A stretch of 64,000 nucleotides of DNA from Eledone cirrhosa (GCA_964016885.1 OZ024766.1:2666001-2730000), one strand, 5' to 3'; shown: positions 26,071-40,689, counted from the stretch's first letter. Notes: generated from the sequence alone by a model not told the origin. A program made the numbers and translations.

Positions 26071-27912
26071 TCACTCTATACCATTTTTTTTTTTGACTGA
26101 AAAAGGTTCAGAACATATTCTGGCAAACACACGAAGCAATGAAATTGCTCTACGGCTCCCTCTTATACCTTTCTGACATCATAAGGTGTAGGATTCTCGC
26201 ATTATCTGGACATGTGAAACATTACAATGAAGTTAATTGGCAACGTTCTTTTCTGGAAACATGATGCTTACAGAAAAGTTGAGAGACCAGCCACCACGCT
26301 GTAAGATGTTCTTGAAGATGACACTGGCTTGGAGGCAGGGGAAATTCAGATGGCCATGCTGGACAGGGAAGCTGTTGTAAGAACTTCATCATGGCACCAA
26401 TAACAGATGTATAGAATTTGACAATATTTGGCAGTATATAACTGTATTTGACTGTATTTGATGGTAGTTTACGGTATTTGACGGTATTTCATGGTATTTG
26501 ACGGTACTTGACTGTATATGACGGTATTTGACAGTATTCGACAATATATGACAGTATATCACATCACTGGACTTGTTTGTAGTTGACATCACTTAACTGA
26601 ATTTGGAGTCATTTGATTTGTTAACATCAAATGATGGAAGGTGACGGTATGGGACAGAATTTGCTATTCTTTGACGGTTCTTGAGTTGACATGACAGCAT
26701 ATGACGGTATATGACTGTTTGTGATGGTATGTGACATTATATGATGGTAAATGACAGTATGTCATAGCATGTGATGGTATAGGATGGTAAATTGGTTTTG
26801 CTGATATGACAACAAATAAAATGGAATAGATATTTGGGACTAGGATGCTTTAAAATTAAATAAACACTACACCACATTACACCACCCTACACTACACTAC
26901 ACCACACTACACTACACTACACTACACTACACTACACTACACTACACTACACTATACTACACCACACTACACTACACCACACTACATTACACCACACTAC
27001 ACCACCCTACACTACACCACCCTACATTACACCACACTACACCATTATAACACCCCATTCACATAACATGCCCACACCAACACACCACCACTCCCACAAG
27101 TGCCTTCAAATCTCCCTCCACCACTGTCACCCACAAAACACTCACACCACCAAACTAGTATCACCCACATGAATACACCAACACAACCCACAAAGCTGCC
27201 ATCACGCCCCACCAGCGTCACCCACAAAACTCTCACCACACCCACACCACTCCATCAGCATCACCCACAAAAATCCCACACCACCAACACCAACCACAAA
27301 GATGCCACCCCACTCCACCAAAACACCTACAAAACTCGCACACCACACCAGCAAAAAAAAAAACACACACACACCACCAGCCCACCAGCATCACTCCCCA
27401 AAAATACTCCCACACCACCAATCCACCAACATCACCCTCAAAAACTCCCACACCACCCCGCCAATATCACCCACAATACCTCCCCATTAAACAGTCTCAC
27501 ACAAGAACCCCTCCCCCCTTTCTCTTCTCCACACACAATAAGCCCATCACCCCTAAAACAAACACTACACTCACCTAATATTTACTGATATTATAAGAGG
27601 GCAATAAAGGATTTCAAATGCAAACAGTTGTTGTTGTTGTTTAATTCCAGGTCAACCTTGTTCCAGCAGATCTATGATCCAAAGTGTTCCAGCTATGTCC
27701 ATCTGGAGTTGGCTGCTATTTCTAGCAGATCTATCTACTATATATATACATAAGACTGTAGAGTGTGATATGAGGGAGATTTGGCTGCTATTTCTACCAG
27801 GTCTAGCTACCATATATACATAAGACAGTAGGGTGTGATATGAGGGAAATTTGGCTGCTATTTCTAGCAGGCCTAGCTACCCGGACGTAAAACGATGATA
27901 TTAATTATTTAA

Positions 27913-28119
27913 TTATGTATTAAACAACACAAAACAATTATTCCATTTACCAAAGGTTTCACGAAGCCAGGCGAGCTGAACAGAGACGTCTGAAATCGCT
28001 CATCGGAAACTATATGTATATATACAAATCGTTGAGCGATTTCAGACGTCTGTGTTGAGCTCGCCTGTCTTCGTGAAACCTTTGGTAAATGGAATCATTT
28101 TCTTATGTTGTTTATTACA

Positions 28120-28121
<2 letters not shown>
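27913..28121. mobile_element. Fold-back element with ~90-bp arms
   Basis: CCATTTACCAAAGGTTTCACGAAG...ATCGCTCA / TGAGCGAT...CTTCGTGAAACCTTTGGTAAATGG. Confidence 0.8.
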
Positions 28122-28178
<57 letters not shown>

Positions 28179-28234
28179 TTCCACACACACACACAGATAG
28201 AGAGTGATTAAAAAATACAAAGCTTCCTACACTT

Positions 28235-28411
28235 CTTCATGGTGACAAGATACGAATCTGTGGCTAAAGAATAAGAAGATACACCAACGTTAATGGCGGA
28301 CAAAGAAAAGCTGATAACATTTTTGAAAATTCTTATTCAACAACAACAAAAAGATTATTTCTTTGTTTAATAAAATATAAGAAGACAACACATTGATTAC
28401 ATGTGAAGAGG
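28235..28411 (+). promoter_or_regulatory. Putative promoter and non-coding first exon of ZNF gene 1
   Basis: YY1-like AATGGCGG at 28292; donor GTAAGT at 28412; acceptor TTTCAG ending at 30568. All are conserved in the paralogue. Confidence 0.55.
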
Positions 28412-29040
28412 GTAAGTTGAGAAAGATTTACTTGAAGTCTATAATAATGTGTGTAAATAATAGAATTATGTGAACCTTTCAACGATACAGTAATTATATA
28501 CAAGTGAAAATATTTAACAACTTTGGACATATTTCTTCCTCGTCACTTTTATATACAGGAAAATACTTCTAGACTGAAATGTTGTCTTATTTTACAATAG
28601 CTAGATTCTACTGTTACATGTGATATAAAATATATTGTTATTATGAGTGTCTTTATTATTTAAATTACCTCCGTCTATTTAATCATGTTGTTCACTACCT
28701 TGTATTATAATATATAGTTTATATTCAGCTGTACTTTGTTGTTTAAAGTTAATTAAAACTGTCTACATTTTAGGCTAAATCTGTTTTAATTTAAGGTAAA
28801 TTTACAGTAAAAGCACCTGTCAGTCGTCCGGTGGGAAATTGTTAATTTTCCTAGTTTTTTTTCGTGTTTCCAACAAACCTAACCTCAAAATCAGTCAGAA
28901 ACGACTCATTTTCTAGGAAACTGAGCAGGTGGGACCCTTGGAGGTTTCTCTGGTGGCAATTATTTTTCGCATGTTTTCTTAACGTTGTTTGTACTTAGTA
29001 AGGTTGTAATACTGTGAAGAACTAGCTGTCTTCCTTTTGG

Positions 29041-29044
<4 letters not shown>
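28235..29044 (+). repeat. Segmental duplication block (paralogous to 39628-40440)
   Basis: Near-identical by eye; a second block 30440-30920 matches 41793-42260. Confidence 0.92.
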
Positions 29045-29092
<48 letters not shown>

Positions 29093-30992
29093 AGGGTAGT
29101 ACAGTAAATTACTGGTATTGGTACCAAATCAAGCACTCTATGCACAGGGAGTGTATATAATGGAAAAAAACGAAGTTTACATATGAAAAATATTTGCTAT
29201 GTAACGGTCTGTTATATATGTATATATATATATATATATGTATATATATGTGTATATATATATATGTGTATGTATATATATATGTATATATATGTGTATG
29301 TATATATATATGTATATATATATGTATATATATGTGTATGTATATATATGTGTATGTATATATATATGTATATATATGTGTATGTATATATATATGTATG
29401 TGTATGTATATATATATGTATGTGTATGTATATATATATATGTATGTGTATGTATATATATATGTGTATGTATATATATATATGTATGTGTATGTATATA
29501 TATATGTGTATGTATATATATATATGTATGTGTATGTATATATATATGTATGTGTATGTATATATATATATGTATGTGTATGTATATGTATGTGTATGTA
29601 TATATATGTATATATATGTGTATGTATATATGTATGTATGTATATATATGTGTATGTATATATATATGTATATGTATATATGTGTATATATATGTGTATA
29701 TGTATATATGTGTATGTATATATATGTGTATGTATATATATGTGTATGTATATATATGTGTGTGTATGTATATATATGTGTATGTATATATATGTGTGTG
29801 TATGTATATATATGTGTATGTATATATGTGTATGTATATATATGTGTATGTATGTATATATATATGTGTATGTATATATATATATGTATGTATGTATATA
29901 TATATGTGTATGTATGTATATATATATGTGTATGTATGTATATATATATGTGTATGTATATATATATGTGTATGTATGTATATATATATGTGTATGTATG
30001 TATATATATATGTGTATGTATGTATATATATATGTGTATGTATGTATATATATATGTGTATGTATGTATATATATATGTGTATGTATGTATATATATATG
30101 TATGTATGTATATATATGTGTATGTGTATATATATATGTGTATGTATGTATATATATATGTGTATGTATATGTATATGTGTATGTATGTATATATATGTG
30201 TCTATATGTATATATAAATATGTCTATGTCTGTATATATATATGTATATATATATATGTGTCTATATGTATATATATATATCATCGTTAACGTCCATCTT
30301 CCATCCTAGCACAGGTTGGAATTGTTTGTCTCTCTTGAGGCAAGATTGGCTAGGTGTATATATATATGTATATATAAACACACATGGAAATATATTTATA
30401 CTAATTACACACTTTTACAAGTTAAGATGGAGAAATACATTTGAAAAGTTTAATTATTCAGCTGAAAGTTTATATATCCAGTTTATCAATATAGAAATGT
30501 AAAATTTCCATTATTGAATCACATTTCAACATTCTCCATATCTTATTTTGTTTTCTCTGCTATTTCAGAATATCACATGACATTGACAGAAGAGAAATTT
30601 TAACTTCAGATACAACATCAATATCATTGTTTAAAAGACTAACACAACATTTTACACAGTATTCATATAAGTCCTTTTATATCAGCATTTGATGACTTAC
30701 AGTGAAATATTTCTTCTGAACTGAGGTTCATTAAATAATTTATCTCCTCACTATCTGGAAAGTGTACAAGAAGATATAGTATTCTTATTAAACTTGGGTA
30801 AATCTAGAAAGGAATTTGCATCATTTGCAGGTGTCAACAAAGATAAAAGTTGATGGAAATTTAACTTTGAAAATATTTGTTAGGAATAAACTATAAAAAG
30901 AAGACCAAGAAACAGTATCAATATAGTGTTGAGAGAAAAAGTTCTGGGAAGATATTAGAGACACTTAAAAGATTGATATTTTTCCAGAAGAG

Positions 30993-32276
30993 ATGTCGAA
31001 GGGGAAAGGAAAATCATCATATCACTGTGATATCTGTGGTAAATCATTTTCCAAGTCAAGTCTTTTAACTCAGCATAAATACATTCATACAGGAGAGAAA
31101 CCTCATCATTGTGATATCTGTGGTGAATCATTCTCTAATACAAGTGGCTTAAAAAGACACAAATATATTCATACAGGAGAGACGCCATACCACTGTGATA
31201 TCTGTGGTAAATCATTCTCTCGAAGCGATCACTTAACTTCACACAAATATATTCATACAGGAGAGAAACCATATCACTGTGGTATCTGTGGTAAATCATT
31301 TTCTGAGTCAAGTAGCGTAACTAGACACAAATCTATTCATACAGGAGAGAAACCTCATCACTGTGATGTCTGTGGTCAGTCATTTTCTCATACATGGAAC
31401 TTAACTAAACACAGACGTATTCATACAGGTGAGAAACAACATCACTGCAATATCTGTGGTAAATCATTCTTTACGTCAGGTCTCTTAATTCGACACAAAT
31501 ATAGTCATACAGGAGAGAAACAATATCACTGTGGTATCAGTGGTAAATCATTTTCTGATAAAAGTAACCTAGCTACTCACAAACGTATTCATACAGGAGA
31601 GAAACCTCATCACTGTGATATCTGTGGTAAATCATTCTCTCAGTCAGGTCATTTGACTACACACAAATATATTCATACAGGAGAGAAACCTCATCAGTGT
31701 GATATCTGTGGTAAATCATTCTCTAAGTCATGTAACTTAAGCAAACACAAATATATCCATACAGAAGAGAAACCTCATCACTGTGATATCTGTGGTAAAT
31801 CATTCTCTCAGTTATATCGGTTGATTACACACAAATATATTCATACAGGAGAGAAACCTCATCCCTGTGATGTTTGTGGTAAATTATTCTCTTGTACAGG
31901 TGACTTAACTAGACACAGACGTAGTCATACAGGAGAGAAACCATATCAATGTGATATCTGTGGTAAATCATTTTCTCTAAAAGGTAACATAACTAAACAT
32001 AGATATATTCATACAGGTGAGAAACCTCATCAGTGTGATATCTGTGGTGAATCATTCTCTCAGTTAGGTCATTTGATTGCACACAAATATATTCATACAG
32101 GAGAGAAACCTCATCCCTGTGATGTTTGTGGTAAGTCATTCTCTCGGTTAGGTAATTTGATTACACACAAATATATTCATACGGGAGAGAAACCTCATCC
32201 CTGTGATGTCTGTGGTAAATCATTTACTCAGAAACGTCAGTTAACTAAACATATATGTATTCATACAGGAGTATAA
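30993..32276 (+). CDS. Tandem C2H2 zinc-finger protein, 15 fingers, 427 aa
   Basis: Fifteen 28-aa CxxC...HxxxH repeats with TGEKP linkers; finger 7 has C>S (CGIS); no effector domain visible. Confidence 0.93.
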   Translation: MSKGKGKSSYHCDICGKSFSKSSLLTQHKYIHTGEKPHHCDICGESFSNTSGLKRHKYIHTGETPYHCDICGKSFSRSDHLTSHKYIHTGEKPYHCGICGKSFSESSSVTRHKSIHTGEKPHHCDVCGQSFSHTWNLTKHRRIHTGEKQHHCNICGKSFFTSGLLIRHKYSHTGEKQYHCGISGKSFSDKSNLATHKRIHTGEKPHHCDICGKSFSQSGHLTTHKYIHTGEKPHQCDICGKSFSKSCNLSKHKYIHTEEKPHHCDICGKSFSQLYRLITHKYIHTGEKPHPCDVCGKLFSCTGDLTRHRRSHTGEKPYQCDICGKSFSLKGNITKHRYIHTGEKPHQCDICGESFSQLGHLIAHKYIHTGEKPHPCDVCGKSFSRLGNLITHKYIHTGEKPHPCDVCGKSFTQKRQLTKHICIHTGV

Positions 32277-33025
32277 ATATGTTTGGTGTTGCCATGTGGT
32301 TTTTTGCTTATTATTTTTAATACCAACCCATTTGAAACTGCCTCTTATTCTGTGAAACAAAACTGGCCATTTTTAAAGTGTACATATAAGGGTCAGCTGA
32401 CCAAGATACTCTCATGGAATGACCAAATGAGGTTTATTTTTCAACATAATCCCTGGAAAGAAACAATGCAGTTATTAATAAGAAGAGTTAAAATGAATGC
32501 ATGCAATATTTCACAGCTCGAGCATCGCTCCTTCATAGTCTGACCAAGATACTCTCGTGGAATGACCAAATGAGGTTTATTTTTCAACATAGTCCCCAGA
32601 AAGAAACACTACAGTTAAGAAGAAGAGTAGAAATTAAGGCAGGCAATATTTCACAGCACTAGCATCACTCCTTCTAAGTCAGCCTAAGAATGTTTCAGCC
32701 CACTCTCATATATTAAAACCTTACTACAAAATTTTATGTCAGAACTTTTTGTTAGGTAAAGTACGAAACAGTGACTTGCGATTGAAAAACTTACTGAATT
32801 CCTTCAAATTATTGATTATTTTCCACATTTATTGAAACATTTGAAGTGTATTTCTTTAGATATTAAGAAATTGTTGAAGAAATATTTACTGTGTATAAGT
32901 ATGAAACTGGAGGGGATTAAAAATAATTGTAATATTGGTCATTTGTTTTCTAATCTTTATTATATAATATCTGTTGTGTTGGTTTGTCTAGTGTTTTGAG
33001 AACATAAATATATAGAGAAGGGGAG

Positions 33026-33026
<1 letters not shown>

Positions 33027-33082
<56 letters not shown>

Positions 33083-33445
33083 TTTTACGTCCGCTTTTCC
33101 CTGCTTGCAAGGGTGGGACGGGAACTGATTCTGGCTTGATTTCTACAGCTGGATGCCCTTCCTAACACCAACCTCATTTACAGTGAGTGCTGGGTGCTTT
33201 TTTGCCGTGGCACCTCCACGACCACTTTACAGTGAGTGCTGGGTGCTTTTTTGCCGTGGCACCTCCACGACCACTTTGCAGTGGAATGATAGGGACCCCA
33301 GTCCCTATCATCTCATTTCTACAGCTGAGTAAACTGGAGCAATGTGAAATAAAGTGTCTTGCTCAAGGAAACAACACATCACTCGGTCTGAGAATTGAAC
33401 TCACAACCTTTCGATTGCAAGGCCAATGCTCTAACCACTAAGCCA
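33027..33445 (-). mobile_element. tRNA-derived SINE, family A, with a duplicated internal unit
   Basis: (CAT)n tail; TTTACAGTGAGTGCTGGGTGCTTTTTTGCCGTGGCACCTCCACGACCAC occurs twice. Confidence 0.85.
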
Positions 33446-34065
33446 GAATTAACATATGGTTTGAAGGAGGAGGATATATACTGAACTAAGTTACAAGGAA
33501 AATGTGTTAGAGATACAGAAGCAAGGAACAAACACTAAAATGAGACAAACACACACAATTGTCATATGACTTCAGTTAATTTTTATAACAATTACATGAA
33601 GTTTAGCTTAATTTTTACCCCTTTCTTTGATGAATGGAGTGTACATCTAGGGCAGGTAAAATTCCCGAGATTTTATATTTGTTTTAGAGACAGCTGATCC
33701 ATCATCCACTGGTCCACCCTGTGGCTCTAAACCAGTAGTCATAATGACCAGACTGCTCCTTGACAGTGTAGTTAGGGGCTCTAACCCTAGTGCTGTTTAA
33801 ATACACTCTCCATGGTTTTTTTCAATGGCTGATAATACCTTACCGGCGCCACTCGAATAAGGTAGTTATTTAACCCATAAATGGGGCCCTAACAGGTATT
33901 ACTACTCCAGGCCTGGGAGTGATAACAACTAAGGAGTAACTCCACATTCCCCACAGCTCCTGAACTCCCGAACTGGAGCCTTGCCACTGGATGTAGTTTA
34001 ACGTCATACCCAGGAGTATACATATATGAAAATATATATTCCCTTTTCTTAAATTCTTTATTTAA

Positions 34066-35987
34066 CCCTTCAGCATTTACATTACTCTATATTTACTATT
34101 GTATTGTCACAGTAAAGGCTTTACCTCATATAACACCTACATTACTCTATATATACTATTGTATTTTCACAGTAAAGGCATTACCTCACATAATATCTCA
34201 CATAACATTTACATTACTCTATATATACTATTGTATTTTCACAGTAAAGGCATTACCTCACATAATATCTCACATAACATTTACATTACTCTATATATAC
34301 TATTGTATTTTCACAGTAAAGGCATTACCTCACATAATATCTCACATAACATTTACATTACTCTATATATACTATTGTATTTTCACAGTAAAGGCATTAC
34401 CTCACATAATATCTCACATAACATTTACATTACTCTATATATACTATTGTATTTTCACAGTAAAGGCATTACCTCACATAATATCTCACATAACATTTAC
34501 ATTACTCTATATATACTATTGTATTTTCACAGTAAAGGCATTACCTCACATAATATCTCACATAACATTTACATTACTCTATATATACTATTGTATTGTC
34601 ACAGTAAAGGCTTTACCTCACATAATATCTCACATAACATTTACATTACTCTATATATACTATTGTATTGTCACAGTAAAGGTTTTACCTCACATAATAT
34701 CTCACATAACATTTACATTACTCTATATATACTATTGTATTGTCACAGTAAAGGCTTTACCTCACATAATACCTCACATAACATTTACTTTACTCTATAT
34801 ATACTATTGTATTTTCACAGTAAAGGCTTTACCTCACATAATATCTCACATAACATTTACATTACTCTATATATACTATTATATTTTCACAGTAAAGGCT
34901 TTACCTCACATAATATCTCACATAACATTTACATTACTCTATATATACTATTGTATTTTCACAGTAAAGGCTTTACCTCACATAATATCTCACATAACAT
35001 TTACTTTACTCTATATATACTATTGTATTTTCACAGTAAAGGCTTTACCTCACATAATATCTCACATAACATTTACTTTACTCTAGATATACTATTGTAT
35101 TGTCACAGTAAAGGCTTTACCTCACATAATACCTCACATAACATTTACATTACTCTATATATACTATTGTATTTTCACAGTAAAGGCTTTACCTCACATA
35201 ATATCTCACATAACATTTACATTACTCTATATATACTATTGTATTGTCACAGTAAAGGCTTTACCTCACATAATATCTCACATAACATTTACATTACTCT
35301 ATATATACTATTGTATTGTCACAGTAAAGGCTTTACCTCACATAATACCTCACATAACATTTACATTACTCTATATATACTATTGTATTTTCACAGTAAA
35401 GGCTTTACCTCACATAATATCTCACATAACATTTACATTACTCTATATATACTATTGTATTGTCACAGTAAAGGCTTTACCTCACATAGTACCTCACATA
35501 ACATCTACATTACTCTATATATACTATTGTATTTTCACAGTAAAGGCTTTACCTCACATAATACCTCACATAACATTTACATTACTCTATATATACTATT
35601 ATATTTTCACAGTAAAGGCTTTACCTCACATAATATCTCACATAACATTTACTTTACTCTATATATACTATTGTATTTTCACAGTAAAGGCTTTACCTCA
35701 CATAATATCTCGCATAACATTTACTTTACTCTATATATACTATTGTATTTTCACAGTAAAAGCTTTACCTCACATAACATTTACATTACTCTATATTTAC
35801 TATTATATTTTCATGGTAAACACTTTATCGTACTTAATTATCTCATAATATCGAATCTATTAGATTTTGATGCATTTTATTTTGAGAACAATACTTAACA
35901 TAAATATGAGCAGCTGGTTACGACCAGTTTGAACAAAAAGAGGTGAGAGAATTCTTGCCGGATATGGCCAGTTAAAATGCTGAAGGG
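34066..35987 (+). mobile_element. piggyBac-type non-autonomous element carrying a 72-bp satellite (about 24 units)
   Basis: TTAA (34062-34065) CCCTTCAGCATTT ... AAATGCTGAAGGG TTAA (35988-35991): 13-bp perfect TIRs and a TTAA target duplication. Confidence 0.88.
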
Positions 35988-36144
35988 TTAATATACTTAG
36001 TGTTTGAGTATGAGCAATATAATGAACCATTTTAATCAAGTTTAGGCAAAGTGAATATATTTTCATTTATATATACATACAAAAGACCCAACTTCTCACG
36101 GGTACAAGCTGAAGCATATAGACAATATGCGCCCACCCCCTCCC

Positions 36145-38325
36145 ATTGTAAGGTGGTGATGTAGGTGTCACAACAAAAAACACCCAGTCCACACTGTAAA
36201 GTGGTCATGTAGGTGTCACAACAAAAAGCACCCAGTCCACACTGTAAAGTGGTCATGTAGGTGTCGCAACAAAAAGCACGCAGTCCACACTGTAAAGTGG
36301 TCATGTAGGTGTCAACAAAAAGCACCCAGTCCACACTGTAAGGTGGTCATGTAGGTGTCGCAACAAAAAGCACCCAGTCCACACTGTAAGGTGGTGATGT
36401 AGGTGTCACAACAAAAAGCACACTGTAAAGTGGTCATGTAGGTGTCACAACAAAAAGCACGCAGTCCACACTGTAAGGTGGTGATGTAGGTGTCACAACA
36501 AAAAGCACGCAGTCCACACTGTAAAGTGGTCATGTAGGTGTCACAACAAAAAGCACCCAGTCCACACTGTAAAGTGGTGATATCGGTGTCACAACAAAAA
36601 GTACCCAGTCCACACTGTAAAGTGGTCATGACAAAAAGCACCCAGTCCACACTGTAAAGTGGTCATGTAGGTGTCACAACAAAAAGCACCCAGTCCACAC
36701 TGTAAAGTGGTCATGTAGGTGTCACAACAAAAAGTACCCAGTCCACACTGTAAAGTGGTCATGTAGGTGTCACAACAAAAAGTACCCAGTCCACACTGTA
36801 AAGTGGTCATGTAGGTGTCACAACAAAAAGTACCCAGTCCACACTGTAAAGTGGTCATGGAGGTGTCATAACAAAAAGTACCCAGTCCACACTGTAAAGT
36901 GGTCATGTAGGTGTCACAACAAAAAGTACCCAGTCCACACTGTAAAGTGGTCATGTAGGTGTCACAACAAAAAGCACCCAGTCCACACTGTAAAGTGGTC
37001 ATGTAGGTGTCACAACAAAAAGTACCCAGTCCACACTGTAAAGTGGTCATGTAGGTGTCACAACAAAAAGTACCCAGTCCACACTGTAAAGTGGTCATGT
37101 AGGTGTCACAACAAAAAGTACCCAGTCCACACTGTAAAGTGGTCATGTAGGTGTCACAACAAAAAGTACCCAGTCCACACTGTAAAGTGGTCATGTAGGT
37201 GTCACAACAAAAAGCACCCAGTCCACACTGTAAAGTGGTCGTGTAGGTGTCACAACAAAAAGTACCCAGTCCACACTGTAAAGTGGTCATGTAGGTGTCA
37301 CAACAAAAAGCACCCAGTCCACACTGTAAAGGGGTCATGTAGGTGTCACAACAAAAAGTACCCAGTCCACACTGTAAAGTGGTCATGTAGGTGTCACAAC
37401 AAAAAGTACCCAGTCCACACTGTAAAGTGGTCATGACAAAAAGCACCCAGTCCACACTGTAAAGGGGTCATGTAGGTGTCACAACAAAAAGTACCCAGTC
37501 CACACTGTAAAGTGGTCATGTAGGTGTCACAACAAAAAGTACCCAGTCCACACTGTAAAGTGGTCATGTAGGTGTCACAACAAAAAGTACCCAGTCCACA
37601 CTGTAAAGTGGTCATGTAGGTGTCACAACAAAAAGTACCCAGTCCACACTGTAAAGTGGTCATGTAGGTGTCACAACAAAAAGCACCCAGTCCACACTGT
37701 AAAGTGGTGATATCGGTGTCACAACAAAAAGTACCCAGTCCACACTGTAAAGTGGTCATGTAGGTGTCACAACAAAAAGTACCCAGTCCACACTGTAAAG
37801 TGGTCATGTAGGTGTCACAACAAAAAGTACCCAGTCCACACTGTAAAGTGGTCATGTAAGTGTCACAACAAAAAGTACCCAGTCCACACTGTAAAGTGGT
37901 CATGTAGGTGTCACAACAAAAAGTACCCAGTCCACACTGTAAAGTGGTCATGTAGGTGTCACAACAAAAAGTACCCAGTCCACACTGTAAAGTGGTCATG
38001 TAGGTGTCACAACAAAAAGTACCCAGTCCACACTGTAAAGTGGTCATGTAGGTGTCACAACAAAAAGCACCCAGTCCACACTGTAAAGTGGTGATATCGG
38101 TGTCACAACAAAAAGTACCCAGTCCACACTGTAAAGTGGTCATGTAGGTGTCACAACAAAAAGCACGCAGTCCACACTGTAAAGTGGTCATGTAGGTGTC
38201 ACAACAAAAAGCACCCAGTCCACACTGTAAAGTGGTGATATCGGTGTCACAACAAAAAGTACCCAGTCCACACTGTAAAGTGGTCATGTAGGCACCATGG
38301 TAAAACAGCATCCAACCACACTGTA
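36145..38325 (+). repeat. 48-bp minisatellite, about 45 copies, inside a SINE
   Basis: Unit GTGTCACAACAAAAAGTACCCAGTCCACACTGTAAAGTGGTCATGTAG; runs into the SINE 3' part at 38320-38490. Confidence 0.93.
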
Positions 38326-38987
38326 AATGAGGTTGGTGTTAGGAAGGATGTCCAGCTGTAGAAATCAAGCCAAAATCAGTTCCCGTATGAGCAAGACATG
38401 GTCACCTGACCTGATATTGCCCACAACCGGACAACCTGTCTAACCCATGCTAGTGTGGAAGAATGAACGTAAAACGGTTATGATGATTGTATTTATTTTC
38501 CAAATGTGAGCTAGTGGCGACTATATATAGTCCCAAAATAACCTGTCAGTGAAGTGAAGTGAGGGAGTTTTGTGAGGAATTTTATGTATAGACAGCAGTT
38601 AATTATGGCCCAGTCCTCATCCCACTACTGTTTAAGAGGAGTTTAAGACTGGCTATCTATGGAGAATTCTGTGTGCTGGTGATCCGCTTATTAAACCTTT
38701 AGCATTTACAGTCTTCTTGTGACTCTAAACTCTGCCAGTTGTAGACTGCGTATCAGCGTGAGATATTTCCCCCCACCATATCAGTCTCCCCTTGACCCAC
38801 CACTGATTTTGTCTAAGGCAATGGCCGATACAGCTTGGCAACTGACGTTGTGACTCATACCTACAGCTGAGTAAACTGGAAAAACATGAAATAAAGTGAC
38901 TTGCTCATGGACACATCGCAACACCCAGTGTGGAAAATCGAACTCACAACCTCACGACTAATCCCAACGCTTTAACTACTAAGCCTT

Positions 38988-39016
<29 letters not shown>

Positions 39017-39020
<4 letters not shown>

Positions 39021-39370
39021 CACATAAGACACGGAGAATCAGTGGTGCGACGAATAAAATCTATTAGACATATTACAATCGTTTCTCTGGCGACCAGCTC
39101 GAGACACGATCGATCTTTCGAAGCAGAGTTTCCAAATGTGAAAGATCGAGACGTATCTGAGGACCTCGCGATTTCAGAGTCAGGTTCAATCATCGCATCG
39201 ATCGTGCTTCGAGCTGGTCGCCAGTGAAATGATTGTAATATGTCTAATAAATTTTAATCGTCGCACCACTGATTCTCCGTTTCTTATGTGATATTATACT
39301 CTGCTGCGTAAGAGCATCGAGTGCTCAAACGGCCTACCGCATACGGACGTTTAAGCATCCCACACCAATT
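39017..39370. mobile_element. Fold-back element with ~95-bp arms and a 3' extension
   Basis: ATATCACATAAGACACGGAGAATCAGTGGTGCGACG... and its reverse complement ending near 39293. Confidence 0.8.
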
Positions 39371-39488
39371 ATATATATATATATAATTAGTTACAACAGT
39401 GACATGTACAGGTACTTAAGTTTCGTTGCGTTATACACAGTAACTCATTCAGTCTGTTATATAAACAACGATGGCTACCTCCCTACAC

Positions 39489-39525
<37 letters not shown>

Positions 39526-39627
39526 CACTAACGCAAGTAGATAGAGAGTGAGAGCGGGGAAATGCGAGGAAGACAAGGTTATTATACGTAATTCAGTGGC
39601 TAAAAAATGCAAACCCAGTTCTACTTG

Positions 39628-40440
39628 TTCATTGTGACGAGATACGAATCTGTGGCTAAAGAATAAGAAGATACACCAACGTTAATGGCGGACAAAGAAA
39701 AGCTGATAAAATCTTTGAAAATTCTTATTCAACAACAACAAAGAGATTATTTCTTTGATTGTTTAATAAAATATAAGAAGACAACATATTGATTACATGT
39801 GAAGAGGGTAAGTTGAGAAAGATTTACTTGAAGTCTATAATAATGTGTGTAAATAATAGAATTATGTGAACCTTTCAACGATACAGTAATTATATACAAG
39901 TGAAAATATTTAACAACTTTGGACATATTTCTTCCTCGTCACTTTTATATACAGGAAAATACTTCTAGACTGAAATGTTGTCTTATTTTACAATAGCTAG
40001 ATTCTACTGTTACATGTGATATAAAATAGATTGTTATTATGAGTGTCTTTATTATTTAAATTACCTCCGTCTATTTAATCATGTTCTTCACTACCTTGTA
40101 TTATAATATATATTTTATATTCAGCTGTACTTTGTGGTTTAAAGTTAATTAAATCTGTCTACATGTTAGCCTAAATCTGTTTTAATTTAAGGTAAATTTA
40201 CAGTAAAACCACCTGTCAGTCGTCAGGTGGGAAATTGTTAATTTTCCTAGTTTTTTTTCGTGTTTCCAACAAACCTAACCTCAAAATCAGTCAGAAACGA
40301 CTCATTTTCTAGGAAACTGAGCAGGTGGGACCCTTGGAGGTTTCTCTGGTGGCAATTATTTTTCGCATGTTTTCTTAACGTTGTTTGTACTTAGTAAGGT
40401 TGTAATACTGTGAAGAACTAGCTGTCTTCCTTTGGGAATT
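39628..40440 (+). repeat. Segmental duplication block; putative promoter and first exon of ZNF gene 2
   Basis: Matches 28235-29044; donor GTAAGT at 39808; acceptor ending at 41920. Confidence 0.9.
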
Positions 40441-40646
40441 TGTCTTTTCTATTGGGTTTGGTGTCTTTGAAGGTCAGATTCGTTTAAAATATAACAAACA
40501 CCAGTCATAATTCCATTATATAAGGTCATAATTATTTGTGTGTGTATCACAGATAAAAATAACTTATTAAACAGGTATCTCTTTCTGCTATATTATAATG
40601 ACCCTGTTTAGTGATGTACTTTTAGAGACTCTAATACATGTATTAC

Positions 40647-40689
<43 letters not shown>

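Noticed and set aside
27970-28000. Second hammerhead (CTGAACAGAGACGTCTGAAATC)
   Set aside because: The core deviates from CUGANGA and the opposite arm does not conserve it.
36032-38311. Cys-rich repetitive ORFs (TTLQCGLGTFCCDTYM)n resembling a structural or metal-binding protein
   Set aside because: Minus-strand translation of a SINE-derived 48-bp minisatellite, broken by frameshifting partial units.
34080-38325. CRISPR-like arrays
   Set aside because: Head-to-tail units with no unique spacers, no cas genes, and a eukaryotic context.
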